This document shows positions 38,217 to 47,873 of a stretch of 64,000 nt of DNA, piece after piece. The DNA is from Escherichia coli. GTDB taxonomy: Bacteria; Pseudomonadota; Gammaproteobacteria; Enterobacterales; Enterobacteriaceae. The notes under the pieces are model-generated. The model made no database searches and was not told where the DNA came from. It was given only the letters and a program-made list of their open reading frames with translations. A program made the translations under genes and the position numbers. Location: NCBI RefSeq assembly GCF_024502345.1, contig NZ_JALDNN010000001.1; one strand, given 5' to 3'. Every line of letters starts with the position of its first letter. The first letter of the stretch is position 1.

Positions 38217-38948
38217 TCACCTGCCATCCAGTAGACGCCCCGGCCCACGACTGCAACCATAATTACGTTGACCTGAACCATCATGCAACTTCGTTTCATT
38301 TTTCACGAGATAACTGGCTCTGTTCCGGGCTTTCTGCATCGCTTCCACATCACCACGCTTGATCCAGAGAACAGCGGCTTCACCAGACTTTTTGTCTGAA
38401 ACCTTCCTGGTTTCAGAACATCCACCAGGCACAGGCGTATCATCGGAAGAAGGGCGAGCATCAGATGATGTCGGTTTACGGAAAGGCGTCCGCCTGGAAA
38501 AATGAACCAGTCCATTACCCTGCCAGGGCTCAAGATGCAGAGCACTACACCATGCCAGCTTGATCAGTGTCGCCAGCGAAGAAGGAACGGTGAAATCCCC
38601 TGGCGAGCACCAGGTATCTTTGTTGAGCAGTAATATCACGTGATAATGTTTCCTGCCTTTTTCCTTGCCAAACTCCCGACACCAGAAATAACGCAGAGTG
38701 GTTGCACGCACACGCTTGTTGGCACGTCGTTTATGTCGCTGGTAAGCCTGAATTTTTGCTTTCAGGGATGCAAAAAAACGAGAAATCACCGCTGAATCTA
38801 AATCGGTATCCATGATGGTGGCAGGCATATACTCAGGGAAACGTAAATCCACCCGGATTAACGAGACGGCACGGTGTTGCGCCAGGGCACTGTTGAGAAT
38901 ACTTTCAAAACGGGATAACCAGTAAGCATTGTGTATTGGTTGATTCAT
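38217..38948 (-). CDS. YfjJ/YagK-family protein
   Basis: LIRVDLRFPE...ISRFFASLKAKI...LRYFWCREFGKEKGRKHYHVILLLNKDTW is the closest paralog of 10596-11201. Confidence 0.8.
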   Translation of the reverse strand: MNQPIHNAYWLSRFESILNSALAQHRAVSLIRVDLRFPEYMPATIMDTDLDSAVISRFFASLKAKIQAYQRHKRRANKRVRATTLRYFWCREFGKEKGRKHYHVILLLNKDTWCSPGDFTVPSSLATLIKLAWCSALHLEPWQGNGLVHFSRRTPFRKPTSSDARPSSDDTPVPGGCSETRKVSDKKSGEAAVLWIKRGDVEAMQKARNRASYLVKNETKLHDGSGQRNYGCSRGPGRLLDGR

Positions 38949-39820
38949 GATGAGAGATCTCCGTTGATTTGGATTGACTTCACATCATTAATCACCGTGG
39001 TAAAACTTTACGGCATCCCGCCAATAAGCAACGCCAATGGCTCCTGATTGAACGGAACAAACCATCCCGGAACGAAAAGAGAATCCAGCTGACACATAGG
39101 GTAAAAACACCTCTGCAAAACACGCAACAACAGCATGAATGGATTTAAAAACGACATGGACAACGAGAAAAGTCAGAAGGGAAAAGGATCCACAGAACAT
39201 TCGAACAAAACACCAGAAACGCAACCAGAACGCTTCCTGGTAATGCAAATCAACAACAACCCCAAAACCTACAGCTTAATCACACAACTCAATCACGGAT
39301 GCGAATGACACGTTTAAAACCTGTTTACAGATAACCCCGCCACAAGAACAAAAATCATCAATATCAGAATCGATTTTCTTATCCTGAAAATGTTACGTTT
39401 CACTACGCACCATAAAAACGATTAACCATCGATAACGTAAACTTCATCTGAATCAAAACACCAAAACCGTTCATCACACTTTCGCAATGCAAGAAGAAAC
39501 CTCATGACAAAAAGAATGACCTTACACGGAAAAGAAAACGTCAGGAATCGTTAATGCCTCAATCTGATTGTTATCAAAACATCCAGAAAGTCGTTTAACA
39601 GAATCGTCGTAAGCACATCGAAAAAAACGTCAGATTACTTCAGGAAAGTTCGGGTTGATTTAGCGTAAAGATACTTTTCTCATGCTAACGTCGAAACTCG
39701 AAATCTCAGAAAAGGTTAAACGCAACATCAGTAAAATCGAATAGCAGATTGATTGCTTAAACAGAAAGGTTTTACAGCAGCTTTAAACTGATTTTAGCTA
39801 ACGTAAAGATTTACTAAACT

Positions 39821-40012
39821 GGATGTGTATCAGATCAAACAATGTGTACAGCAATGCTTAATGAAAACACGTGTATGTCTGGTAAAACACTTAGTAGAAA
39901 ATACGTGTATAACACTTACTGAAATGCTTAGTAAAAATACTTAGTAAAATATGTGTAGAATTATCTATTTAAAAAGATATGTATATAACACTTAATAAAA
40001 ACATGTGTATAT
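39821..40012. repeat. Iteron-like degenerate direct-repeat array (CTTAnTrAAAA..GTGTA units)
   Basis: Six exact GTGTA cores start at 39825, 39844, 39871, 39905, 39953 and 40005. They are interleaved with six CTTA(A/G/C)T(G/A)AAA units at 39857, 39890, 39915, 39927, 39940 and 39990. Confidence 0.6.
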
Positions 40013-40693
40013 AGTATCATACCGACATTCTCAACATCTTCAGACATCCATGCATACTGGGTGTTGATTTTTCACTTTTACAGCCAGCATAGAGTTTTCT
40101 GCTCTGAAAACAGAGCAGATTTACTCTGGAATTATTTTTCTGTCCCCGTATTTCAGGCCCCAGAAAAGACAATCCGAAGCAAACCGTTTGTCAGCTTCCA
40201 TATCATCTTTTACCCCCGGAAAGTGATCGCGTTTTACAACCAGAATGACAGCCATACTGATTATGTCATCTCCCGGCTCCCTTCACATATAACATGCATG
40301 TCTGTCATTGCTTACTGCTCCACATGACAGGAATTCACATACAGGATGCGCATTCAGTGTTTTTATCGCCACTATAACAGACAGATTACTGTCGCTTTTA
40401 CTTTTCAGATTGTTAATCTGACCACAAGAACAGTCGAACAGTACAACGACACACCCAAGGAGGATATGAGCCGTAGTTGATAGCATGTTTTAATTTATTA
40501 TGAATAGATCAAGAATAGATCGTGAATAGTTAGAGAATAGTTCTTCAGCATCTCACAGAGTGATCAAGCCTTGAAGTGATTACTTTTTGAACACAAGTCC
40601 GGATGCAATGTTTTTTTGTTAACTTCCTTGCATATTCGATTTCCATGTGATAGTGAAAATCACCAGAAGAGAATGCGATTGAGGCGTAATCAG

Positions 40694-41503
40694 ATGAAAC
40701 AATATGAAGATGGTTATAACGTGAATGGATATAGCTGGGAAAATGAAACAATTGAGTATTTGTTGAATGATAAACAACTGACAGATAATCACATACCTGA
40801 ATGGGTTAAAAAAAATGAAATTGCAGCATTCTGGTTCTGGTTAGTTATAATTAACACAGATCCCAAACTCCTTGGGGTTCGTAATGAATTAGGGTTCAAT
40901 ACAGCCATGATGGGGCTGATTCCTGCGGGGAGTATACCCATAACAACAATTCCTTCAGATCATGAAATGAGACTGGATGTTATAAGCAAATGGATTAATG
41001 CATTAATCCTTGACAATCAATCAGATTGGTTCATCTCAACAATGCATCAAAACTGGCTGCAGATCGAAAAGAGAAACGAAGCCAAATGGCTTAAAAAGAA
41101 TACAGAACAACTCGAATGGGCATGGAAATATATCAATGCACGCATCCCGCACACGTATCTTTCCTGGTTTTATCCTGTAAGTGATAACGAAAGATACATT
41201 GCTATCGTAGTTTTACTAAAAATTTTATTCCCCGCAGATACACCATACTTACAGCAGCCAAAAGTACTTCACTATGGGGTTGCCGCAAAAGAAAAATTTT
41301 TCGACAAGATGCACAATGCATTCCGAAAACAGTTTACCGACGGAAAAAAAGATAAGCGGGTACAAATCAACGTTAAAATATCATCAGATGCAAAACGTAC
41401 TCTGGACAGACTGACCAGAGAACTGAAAACAACACAACAGGCTGTCCTGGAACATCTGATTCAGAACCACAGGCTGGTGATTCAGAACCACAGACTGGAT
41501 TAA
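40694..41503 (+). CDS. YfjH-like island protein with a C-terminal RHH-like tail
   Basis: The start is taken at MKQYEDGYN (40694, after GAGG). It is a paralog of 13312-14280, with C-terminus QINVKISSDAKRTLDRLTRELKTTQQAVLEHLI. Confidence 0.6.
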   Translation: MKQYEDGYNVNGYSWENETIEYLLNDKQLTDNHIPEWVKKNEIAAFWFWLVIINTDPKLLGVRNELGFNTAMMGLIPAGSIPITTIPSDHEMRLDVISKWINALILDNQSDWFISTMHQNWLQIEKRNEAKWLKKNTEQLEWAWKYINARIPHTYLSWFYPVSDNERYIAIVVLLKILFPADTPYLQQPKVLHYGVAAKEKFFDKMHNAFRKQFTDGKKDKRVQINVKISSDAKRTLDRLTRELKTTQQAVLEHLIQNHRLVIQNHRLD

Positions 41504-42447
41504 CTTTCACCACTTCTGCTCCTGGCGATTTTCTTCTTTTGGTAGTGTCTCCTGGCTGCGGATATCAGATACTTTTCCGTCATTTTGTTGCAGAACTCTT
41601 CAATGTAGTTAATCATTTTCTGGTGTGCTTTCAGCTTTTCTTCCCCGGGGGACGCTTTCAGATAAATGTCCTCCTTTTCCACAAGCGCATTGACAAACTC
41701 CCCTAAACATCCCTGGTTATAAAGCGACGTGAAAAACAACACATCCCCCAGTCTCTCCAGTAACTGTGGTTTATCCCCGAAATGTTTTTTTATACTTTCA
41801 AAAGGTTTTCTATTTTCCGGATCAAAAAAAACACTTAATCCCAGTCGCTTATATTCCTGGTAAAAAAGTTCAAACGTCGGGGATGCTGAACGGCAAATAA
41901 ACGAAGACTGCGCCCATGGATTAAAATCTGTGACACGCCTCCCCTCCCGCACTTCCTGTCGTGTCAGCGGTGGTTCAGCAAACCAGGCGTCCAGCTCAGC
42001 CGAATCGTTATCCCTGCTCAAAACCTCATACAAACTGCCCGTGAACGGTTGAGCCGTTTGTTTTGTTGCTTCGCCTTCTGATTGTCTGAATCCATCCACT
42101 TTTCTCCGGATATTACGCGGAATCAGCATAAAAGGCGGGACATTAAGTGATAAACGTTTACCCGTCATGCGATACCATTGACCTACCTCAACCTTAATCC
42201 GTGTATCTGACCTTAGCTCAAGTGCCATTATGCTAAGCAGGTACAGATAACGCACCGTATAACGATTAAAATGTTTCTCCGGATCAAACGATTCGGACCG
42301 TTCTCCTCTGTACACGACTCTGCTGCGCTTCAGTATTCGCAGAGTATATTTCCAGGCCGGACTTTTACAAATGGCGGTAACTCTGGCCTTATTAACAATG
42401 TCGCGTAATGCATCAATCTGTTGTGCAGTCATCTCTTCCCTCCACAC
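41500..42447 (-). CDS. Hypothetical protein (315 aa)
   Basis: Long ORF with ordinary codon usage, convergent with the previous gene; the stop codons overlap. I recognise no motif. Confidence 0.5.
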   Translation of the reverse strand: MWREEMTAQQIDALRDIVNKARVTAICKSPAWKYTLRILKRSRVVYRGERSESFDPEKHFNRYTVRYLYLLSIMALELRSDTRIKVEVGQWYRMTGKRLSLNVPPFMLIPRNIRRKVDGFRQSEGEATKQTAQPFTGSLYEVLSRDNDSAELDAWFAEPPLTRQEVREGRRVTDFNPWAQSSFICRSASPTFELFYQEYKRLGLSVFFDPENRKPFESIKKHFGDKPQLLERLGDVLFFTSLYNQGCLGEFVNALVEKEDIYLKASPGEEKLKAHQKMINYIEEFCNKMTEKYLISAARRHYQKKKIARSRSGES

Positions 42448-42538
42448 TTTGCCACTCCAGATTTTTTCACGCCCATATTACCTGAATGATAAACCGGATT
42501 AGTGTGATCCGGTTCAGTGAAATCAACAGGATACCGGT

Positions 42539-43423
42539 ATGTCATTCAGCCATTCTTCCCTCTCCGCACAAGTGAAATCATATCTGACGTTTCTTCCTGA
42601 AGAAATTCGCCAGAAAATCCTTGAACATCTCCACGGTGTTATTCATTACGAGCCCGTAATTGGCATTATGGGTAAATCCGGCACCGGCAAAAGCAGTCTG
42701 TGTAATGCCATTTTTCAGTCCCGTATCTGCGCCACGCATCCCCTGAACGGCTGCACCCGCCAGGCTCATCGTCTTACCCTGCAGCTCGGTGAACGCAGAA
42801 TGACGCTGGTCGATATGCCCGGCATTGGTGAGACACCGCAGCATGATCAGGAATACCGGGAGCTTTACCGTCAGTTACTGCCGGAACTGGATCTGATTAT
42901 CTGGATCCTGCGGGCTGATGAACGTGCGTATGCTGCTGATATTGCCATGCATCAGTTTTTACTGAATGAAGGTGCAGATCCCTCGCGTTTTCTGTTTGTT
43001 CTCAGCCATGCCGATCGCGTGTTTCCTGCTGAAGAATGGAACGACACAGAAAAATGCCCGTCCCGTCAGCAGGCGCTCTCACTGGCGACGGTGACAGCCC
43101 GGGTGGCAACCCTGTTCCCTTCATCATTTCCGGTACTCTCCGTTGCCGCACCTGTCGGCTGGAACCTTCCGGCGTTTGTGTCGCTGATGATCCACGCACT
43201 GCCACCACAGGCAACCAGTGCGGTTTATTCACATATCCGGGGGGAAAACCGCTCTGAACAGGCCCGGAAACACGCACAACAGACTTTTGGTGAAACCATC
43301 GGGAAAAGTTTTGACGACGCCGTTGCCCGTTTCAGTTTTCCGGCCTGGATGTTACAGCTTCTGCGCAAAACCCGGGACCGCATTATCCACCTGCTGGTCA
43401 CGCTGTGGGATCACCTGTTCTGA
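42539..43423 (+). CDS. YeeP/YfjP/YkfA-family GTPase
   Basis: Carries P-loop IGIMGKSGTGKSSLCNAIF, DMPGIGE and LSHAD motifs. Confidence 0.85.
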   Translation: MSFSHSSLSAQVKSYLTFLPEEIRQKILEHLHGVIHYEPVIGIMGKSGTGKSSLCNAIFQSRICATHPLNGCTRQAHRLTLQLGERRMTLVDMPGIGETPQHDQEYRELYRQLLPELDLIIWILRADERAYAADIAMHQFLLNEGADPSRFLFVLSHADRVFPAEEWNDTEKCPSRQQALSLATVTARVATLFPSSFPVLSVAAPVGWNLPAFVSLMIHALPPQATSAVYSHIRGENRSEQARKHAQQTFGETIGKSFDDAVARFSFPAWMLQLLRKTRDRIIHLLVTLWDHLF

Positions 43424-43541
43424 ACGCCCCGGAGTCCCCCGTGGCAACCGTATACCTTTACACGACAACGGATTACGGTAACCACTGCCGTATACCGTCT
43501 GTCATTATCAATAACACGCTCTTTAATTTCAGAGGTCAGTC

Positions 43542-44219
43542 ATGAATACCAGAATTCTTTTTCCCCTGCTGTTCACTGTGGCATCATTCTCCGCCTCCGC
43601 CGGCAACTGGGCTGTCAAAAACGGCTGGTGTCAGACCATGACGGAAGATGGTCAGGCGCTGGTAATGCTGAAAAATGGCACGATTGGTATTACCGGCCTG
43701 ATGCAGGGATGCCCGAATAGCGTACAGACGCTCCTGGGCAACCGTATCAGTATTAACGGTAACCTGATCCCCACATCACAAATGTGTAATCAGCAGACAG
43801 GATTCAGGGCTGTTGAGGTGGAAGTCGGACAGGCGCCGGAAATGGTCAAAAAAGCCGTTCACTCCATAGCAGAGCGTGATGTGTCAGTTTTACAGGCATT
43901 TGGTGTACGAATGGAATTCACCCGCGGTGATATGCTGAAGGTCTGTCCGAAATTTGTCACATCACTTGCCGGTTTTTCCCCGAAACAGACACCCGCCATT
44001 AATAAAGATTCCGTCCTGCAGGCTGCCCGGCAGGCATACGCCCGGGAATATGACGAGGAAACAACAGAAACCGCTGATTTTGGCTCTTACGAAGTAAAAG
44101 GCAATAAGGTTGAGTTTGAAGTATTCAATCCTGAAGACCGTGCGTACGACAAAGTGACCGTCACGGTTGGTGCTGACGGTAATGCCACCGGCGCCAGCGT
44201 TGAATTTATCGGAAAATAG
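43542..44219 (+). CDS. Secreted protein of unknown function (225 aa)
   Basis: Has the signal peptide [20 protein letters not shown]|GN. Confidence 0.55.
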   Translation: MNTRILFPLLFTVASFSASAGNWAVKNGWCQTMTEDGQALVMLKNGTIGITGLMQGCPNSVQTLLGNRISINGNLIPTSQMCNQQTGFRAVEVEVGQAPEMVKKAVHSIAERDVSVLQAFGVRMEFTRGDMLKVCPKFVTSLAGFSPKQTPAINKDSVLQAARQAYAREYDEETTETADFGSYEVKGNKVEFEVFNPEDRAYDKVTVTVGADGNATGASVEFIGK

Positions 44220-44224
44220 CCGGT

Positions 44225-44458
44225 ATGTCGGACTGCCACCCTGTTTTATTGCCCGAAGGCCCTTTCTCACGCGAACAGGCGATGGCTGTCACAACAGCTT
44301 ACCACAATGTGCTTATTGAAGATGATCAGGGAACGCATTTCCGGCTGGTTATCCGCAATGCTGAAGGGCAGCTACGCTGGCGGTGCTGGAATTTTGAACC
44401 TGATGCCGGAAAACAGCTAAATCCGTATCTCGCCAGTGAGGGAATTCTCAGGCAATAA
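44225..44458 (+). CDS. DUF905/UPF0401 (YkfF-like) small protein
   Basis: Carries [44 protein letters not shown]. Confidence 0.7.
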   Translation: MSDCHPVLLPEGPFSREQAMAVTTAYHNVLIEDDQGTHFRLVIRNAEGQLRWRCWNFEPDAGKQLNPYLASEGILRQ

Positions 44459-44480
44459 ACGTCTTCATTTCATCCATCAG

Positions 44481-44511
44481 GCCACGTCTTCTCCGGGAGA
44501 CGTGGCTTTTT
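44481..44511 (+). terminator. Rho-independent terminator
   Basis: GCCACGTCT-tctccggg-AGACGTGGC followed by TTTTT. Confidence 0.7.
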
Positions 44512-44556
44512 CATTTATTACACCAGTAAATCTTAATCACCAATAAGGAGCAAATC

Positions 44557-45375
44557 ATGCGATTAGCAAGTCGTTTTGGTTATGCGAACCAGATACGCCG
44601 TGACCGCCCCTTAACTCGCGAAGAACTGATGCAGGTCGTCCCCAGCGTATTCGGGGAAAATAAGCACACATCCAGAAGCGAGAACTATACCTGGATCCCC
44701 ACCATCACCGTGCTGGAAAGCCTGCAGCGGGAAGGCTTTCAGCCCTTCTTTGCCTGCCAGACCCGCGTACGTGACCCGGGCCGCCGGGGGTATACCAAAC
44801 ACATGCTGCGTCTGCGCCATGACGGGGAGATAAACGGACAACATGTCCCTGAAATCATCCTACTGAACTCCCATGACGGTACCTCCAGCTACCAGATGCT
44901 GCCGGGTTACTTCAGGTTCGTCTGCCAGAACGGCTGCGTCTGTGGTCAGTCTCTGGGGGAAGTGCGTGTTCCACACCGGGGAAATGTGGTGGACAGAGTC
45001 ATTGAAGGGGCTTACGAGGTGGTGGGCGTGTTTGACCGGATTGAGGAAAAGCGTGATGCCATGCAGTCGCTGGTCCTGCCGCCACCGGCACGCCAGGCGC
45101 TGGCACAGGCGGCGCTGACTTACCGTTATGGTGACGAACATCAGCCCGTCACCACCGCTGACATTCTGACACCACGACGCAGGGAGGATTACGGTAAGGA
45201 CCTGTGGAGTGCTTATCAGACCATCCAGGAGAATATGCTGAAAGGCGGGATTTCCGGGCGCAGCGCAAAAGGAAAACGTATCCATACCCGGGCCATTCAC
45301 AGCATCGGTACCGACATTAAGCTCAATCGCGCATTGTGGGTGATGGCAGAAACGCTGCTGGAGAGCATGCGCTGA
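44557..45375 (+). CDS. DUF932 (YafZ/YfjQ-family) protein, intact
   Basis: 272 aa, from MRLASRFGYANQIRRDRPLTREELMQVVPSVF... to LNSHDGTSSYQMLPGYFRFVCQNG. Confidence 0.8.
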   Translation: MRLASRFGYANQIRRDRPLTREELMQVVPSVFGENKHTSRSENYTWIPTITVLESLQREGFQPFFACQTRVRDPGRRGYTKHMLRLRHDGEINGQHVPEIILLNSHDGTSSYQMLPGYFRFVCQNGCVCGQSLGEVRVPHRGNVVDRVIEGAYEVVGVFDRIEEKRDAMQSLVLPPPARQALAQAALTYRYGDEHQPVTTADILTPRRREDYGKDLWSAYQTIQENMLKGGISGRSAKGKRIHTRAIHSIGTDIKLNRALWVMAETLLESMR

Positions 45376-45466
45376 TGCTGTTTCCCTGAAAGTACAGCCC
45401 TGACTCACGGCTGTACCAGTCTCCGGGCATTCTTCCATTCATTTACTTTTTATAAGGAATAACCTC

Positions 45467-45952
45467 ATGACAACCGTTTCGCATAATTCCACCACACCTT
45501 CTGTTTCCGTAACCGCTGCATCAGGGAATAACCCACCTCAGCTGGTTGCCACTCCCGTCCCTGATGAACAGTGCATCAGCTTCTGGCCGCAGCACTTTGG
45601 CCTCATTCCACAGTGGGTGACCCTGGAGCCCCGTATCTTCGGCTGGATGGACCGTCTGTGTGAAGACTACTGCGGTGGTATCTGGAATCTGTACACCCTG
45701 AACAACGGTGGGGCATTTATGGCACCCGAACCGGATGACGATGATGACGAAACATGGGTACTGTTCAATGCCATGAACGGTAACCGCGCTGAAATGAGTC
45801 CGGAAGCCGCCGGCATTGCTGCCTGTCTGATGACGTACAGTCATCATGCCTGTCGAACGGAGTGTTATGCCATGACGGTCCACTATTACCGGCTGCGGGA
45901 TTACGCCCTACAGCATCCGGAATGCAGCGCCATTATGCGCATCATCGACTGA
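45467..45952 (+). CDS. Antirestriction protein (KlcA/ArdB-like; YfjX/YafX family)
   Basis: Carries FWPQHFGLIPQWVTLEPRIFGWMDRLCEDYCGGIWNLYTLNNGGAFMAPE... Confidence 0.8.
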   Translation: MTTVSHNSTTPSVSVTAASGNNPPQLVATPVPDEQCISFWPQHFGLIPQWVTLEPRIFGWMDRLCEDYCGGIWNLYTLNNGGAFMAPEPDDDDDETWVLFNAMNGNRAEMSPEAAGIAACLMTYSHHACRTECYAMTVHYYRLRDYALQHPECSAIMRIID

Positions 45953-45967
45953 ATGGAGACAGGGACA

Positions 45968-46444
45968 ATGCAGCAGCTTTCCTTTCTGCCCGGAGAGATG
46001 ACGCCCGGCGAGCGCAGTCTCATTCTGCGGGCCCTGAAAACCCTGGACCGCCATCTTCATGAACCCGGCGTGGCCTTCACCTCCACCCGTGCGGCACGGG
46101 AATGGCTGATTCTGAACATGGCGGGACTGGAGCGTGAAGAATTCCGGGTGCTGTATCTGAATAACCAGAATCAGCTGATTGCCGGTGAGACCCTCTTCAC
46201 AGGCACCATCAACCGCACGGAAGTCCATCCCCGGGAAGTGATTAAACGCGCCCTGTATCACAATGCCGCAGCCGTGGTGCTGGCACACAATCACCCGTCA
46301 GGTGAAGTCACACCCAGTAAGGCTGACCGCCTTATTACGGAACGTCTGGTACAGGCACTGGCCCTGGTGGATATCCGGGTGCCGGACCATCTGATAATCG
46401 GTGGCAGCCAGGTTTTCTCCTTTGCTGAACACGGTCTGCTTTAA
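45968..46444 (+). CDS. RadC-like JAB-domain protein (YeeS/YfjY/YkfG family)
   Basis: Reads MQQLSFLPGEMTPGERSLI...VLAHNHPSGEVTPSKAD (JAMM motif). Confidence 0.85.
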   Translation: MQQLSFLPGEMTPGERSLILRALKTLDRHLHEPGVAFTSTRAAREWLILNMAGLEREEFRVLYLNNQNQLIAGETLFTGTINRTEVHPREVIKRALYHNAAAVVLAHNHPSGEVTPSKADRLITERLVQALALVDIRVPDHLIIGGSQVFSFAEHGLL

Positions 46445-46512
46445 CCCGTCACCATCACAACCACATCACACTTGTTTTCACTTTTATCTTCTGTCTTCAG
46501 AGGTATCCCATC

Positions 46513-46734
46513 ATGAAAATTATCACCCGTGGTGAAGCCATGCGTATTCACCAACAGAATCCTGCATCCCGTCTTTTTCCGTTCTGTACCGGTAAGTACC
46601 GCTGGCACGGCAGTGCTGAAACGTATACCGGTCGTGAAGTGCAGGATATTCCCGGTGTGCTGGCCGTGTTTGCTGAACGCCGTAAGGACAGTTTTGGCCC
46701 GTATGTCCGGTTGATGAGCGTCACTCTGAACTGA
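46513..46734 (+). CDS. DUF987 (YeeT/YpjJ/YkfH-family) protein
   Basis: Reads MKIITRGEAMRIHQQNPASRLFPFCTGKYRWHGSAETYTGREVQDIPGVLAVFAERRKD.. Confidence 0.8.
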   Translation: MKIITRGEAMRIHQQNPASRLFPFCTGKYRWHGSAETYTGREVQDIPGVLAVFAERRKDSFGPYVRLMSVTLN

Positions 46735-46752
46735 GTCAGAAAGGGGATTCTG

Positions 46753-47784
46753 ATGAGCAGCATTATCACCACCACAGTGTATACGCTGGATGAACTTTCC
46801 TGCCCTTCTGCACGGGAAAAAGCCCGCGACTGGTACCGTGTGCACCATTCTGACAGCAACTGGTATGAAAACGTGTACGAGGACTTCAGGGCGGTCTGTG
46901 GCATTTTCGGAATTGACCTCCGCCAGCGCGTTTTCCGGCTCAGCAACGGCAGGTTTATGGAAGAGCCGTGCATCTGGTTCAGCGGATTCTGCAGCCAGGG
47001 GGACGGAGCCTGTTTTGAAGGACGCTGGCACTGGCAGTCAGCAACAGCCAGGAGGCTCCGGGAGTATGCCACACAGGACCATGAACTCCATCGTATCGCG
47101 GATGCCCTGCAGGCGGTGCAGAAACGTAACTTCTGGCAACTGCAGGCTGAAATCCACCACCGGGGACGTTACTGCCATCCGTACAGCATGGATATCACTG
47201 TTACCCGGAACAGTCCGACTGGTCAGGCTATGACAGCCGATGCGGAAGCCGCTGTCAGCGAAGCCCTGCGCGACCTGGCCTTCTGGTTGTACCGTCAGCT
47301 GGAAAACGAGTACGACAGGCTGACCTCTGATGCCGCTGTTGATGAGGCCCTTCTCATCAACGAATACACCTTCACCGAAGCCGGTCTGCGCGCCGGCTTA
47401 CCTGAGGACTTTATCGTGTCAGACAAACTCCATGAGACAAATTATCCCGACGACCATAACGACCGCCTCTGGTGGGGACTGCTCTGCACCGTGACGCCCT
47501 GTTTCGGGGCACGTCTGGTGCAGGAGGGTAACCGGTTGCATTACCTTGTCGACCGCGCCGGCATCAGAGGCCTGTTCAGCGATGCAGATGCGTACCACCT
47601 GGACCAGGCCTTTCCGCTGCTGATGAAACAACTGGAGCTCATGCTCACCAGCGGTGAACTGAATCCCCGCCATCAGCATACCGTGACACTGTATGCGAAG
47701 GGGCTGACCTGTGAAGCCGACACCCTCGGCTCCTGTGGTTACGTTTATCTGGCTGTTTATCCGACGCCCGAAACGAAAAAGTAA
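46753..47784 (+). CDS. Extended CbeA/YeeU/YfjZ-family type IV antitoxin: ~221-aa N-terminal domain fused in frame to the antitoxin domain
   Basis: The C-terminal ~122 aa (VSDKLHETNYPDDHNDRLWWGLLCTVTPCFGARLVQEGNRLHYL...LYAKGLTCEADTLGSCGYVYLAVYPTPETKK) parallel YeeU. An internal GTG at 47416 is preceded by GAGGA (47404-47408). Confidence 0.75.
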   Translation: MSSIITTTVYTLDELSCPSAREKARDWYRVHHSDSNWYENVYEDFRAVCGIFGIDLRQRVFRLSNGRFMEEPCIWFSGFCSQGDGACFEGRWHWQSATARRLREYATQDHELHRIADALQAVQKRNFWQLQAEIHHRGRYCHPYSMDITVTRNSPTGQAMTADAEAAVSEALRDLAFWLYRQLENEYDRLTSDAAVDEALLINEYTFTEAGLRAGLPEDFIVSDKLHETNYPDDHNDRLWWGLLCTVTPCFGARLVQEGNRLHYLVDRAGIRGLFSDADAYHLDQAFPLLMKQLELMLTSGELNPRHQHTVTLYAKGLTCEADTLGSCGYVYLAVYPTPETKK

Positions 47785-47873
47785 CTCTCCAGAATAACCT
47801 TCTACTCCGGCCTGGTGCTTTCACCACGCCACTTTTCCATTTTTCATCTCTGCATATCAGGAAAATCTTCAGT

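Noticed and set aside
39821-40012. The repeat array as a CRISPR array
   Set aside because: The units are ~13-21 nt, degenerate and contiguous, with no unique spacers of regular length, and there are no cas genes. I saw no CRISPR array anywhere in the window.
44860-45438. A minus-strand ORF of 192 aa
   Set aside because: It is antisense to the intact DUF932 gene.
46441-47072. Minus-strand ORFs of 196 and 174 aa
   Set aside because: They are antisense to the DUF987 gene and the extended antitoxin gene, which have recognisable family sequences.
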